This document shows, piece by piece, positions 62,827 to 64,000 of a stretch of DNA of 64,000 nucleotides. A program made the position numbers and the translations under genes. Position 1 is the first letter of the stretch. Every line of letters starts with the position of its first letter. The stretch comes from Centroscyllium fabricii (taxonomy: Eukaryota), in assembly GCA_051313645.2 (NCBI GenBank), contig JBNRSN020000005.1:243660001-243724000 (forward strand), given 5' to 3'. The notes below the pieces were generated by a model. It was given only the letters and a program-made list of their open reading frames with translations. It was not told the DNA's origin and did not search any database.

Positions 62827-64000
62827 AGTTTGTGTTGCTCTCTCTCTCCCCACAGGCCCCCCCCCCCCAGTTTGTGTTGCTCTCTCTCTCCCCCCCCCCC
62901 CCCAGTTTGTGTTGCTCTCTCTCCCCCCCAGTTTGTGTTGCTCTCTCTCCCCCCCCCCCCCAGTTTGTGTTGCTCTCTCTCCCCCCAGTTTGTGTTGCTC
63001 TCTCTCTCCCCCCCCAGTTTGTGTTGCTCTCTCTCCCACCCCCCCAGTTTGTGTTGCTCTCTCTCCCCCCCCAGTTTGTGTTGCTCTCTCTCCCCCCCGT
63101 TTGTGTTGCTCTCTCTCTCCCCACAGTTTGTGTTGCTCTCTCCCCCCCCAGTTTGTGTTGCTCTCTCTCCCCCCCCCCAGTTTGTGTTGCTCTCTCTCCC
63201 CCCCCCAGTTTGTGTTGCTCTCTCTCTCTCCCCCCAGTTTGTGTTGCTCTCTCTCTCTCCCCCCAGTTTGTGTTGCTCTCTCTCTCCCCACAGCCCCCCC
63301 CCCCGAGTTTGTGTTGCTCTCTCTCCCCCCCCCAGTTTGTGTTGCTCTCTCCCCCCCCAGTTTGTGTTGCTCTCTCTCTCCCCCCCAGTTTGTGTTGCTC
63401 TCTCTCCCCCCCCCCAGTTTGTGTTGCTCTCTCTCTCCCCCCCCACAGTTTGTGTTGCTCTCTCTCCCCCCCCCCCCCAGTTTGTGTTGCTCTCTCCCCC
63501 CCCCCCAGTTTGTGTTGCTCTCTCCCCCCCCCCAGTTTGTGTTGCTCTCTCTCTCTCCCCCCAGTTTGTGTTGCTCTCTCTCCCCCCCCCAGTTTGTGTT
63601 GCTCTCTCTCTCCCCCCAGTTTGTGTTGCTCTCTCTCCCCCCCCAGTTTGTGTTGCTCTCTCTCCCCCCCCCAGTTTGTGTTGCTCTCTCTCTCCCCCCA
63701 GTTTGTGTTGCTCTCTCTCTCTCCCCCCCCCAGTTTGTGTTGCTCTCTCTCCCCCCTCCCCCAGTTTGTGTTGCTCTCTCCCCCCCCAGTTTGTGTTGCT
63801 CTCTCTCCCCCCCCAGTTTGTGTTGCTCTCTCTCCCCCCAGTTTGTGTTGCTCTCTCTCCCCCCAGTTTGTGTTGCTCTCTCTCTCCCCCCAGTTTGTGT
63901 TGCTCTCTCTCCCCCCCACAGTTTGTGTTGCTCTCTCCCCCCCCGTTTGTGTTGCTCTCTTCCCCCCCCCAGTTTGTGTTGCTCTCTCTCCCCCCCGTTT
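62827..64000. repeat. ~30-bp minisatellite running off the window end
   Basis: Unit cagtttgtgttg(ct)n(c)n, roughly 35-40 copies with variable CT and C runs. Confidence 0.97.

Noticed and set aside
62723-63919. Long ORFs (up to 398 aa) and a CRISPR-like repeat periodicity
   Set aside because: Translations of a minisatellite; the inter-repeat sequence is simple runs rather than unique spacers; eukaryotic context and no cas genes.

Overview
Repeat-dominated eukaryotic DNA, almost certainly from a cartilaginous fish and probably a shark. The evidence is HE1-type V-SINEs, SacSINE1/Deu-type SINEs, HER1/CR1, L2, RTE and Rex1-like LINEs, Penelope fragments with minimal hammerhead ribozymes, and Tigger-like and hAT MITEs. 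No host protein-coding gene could be identified; only a few weak exon candidates were seen. The window holds three Ty3/Gypsy proviruses and several solo LTRs. The two near-full-length elements (B, 31812-36662 +; C, 38007-43060 -) have largely dissimilar LTRs but share an unusual pair of features. (i) They have no tRNA primer-binding site. Instead, the 14 nt after the 5' LTR are the exact complement of the LTR segment containing the poly(A) signal, with covarying sequence between the families. (ii) Their reverse transcriptase has YLDN in place of YxDD. Both also carry in-frame tandem arrays of YY1-type motifs in the gag-protease linker. This is the best candidate for an unusual system: tRNA-independent (self-)priming coupled to poly(A)-site occlusion. 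Family names come from recognising sequence by eye, not from database searches, and boundaries of decayed elements are approximate.
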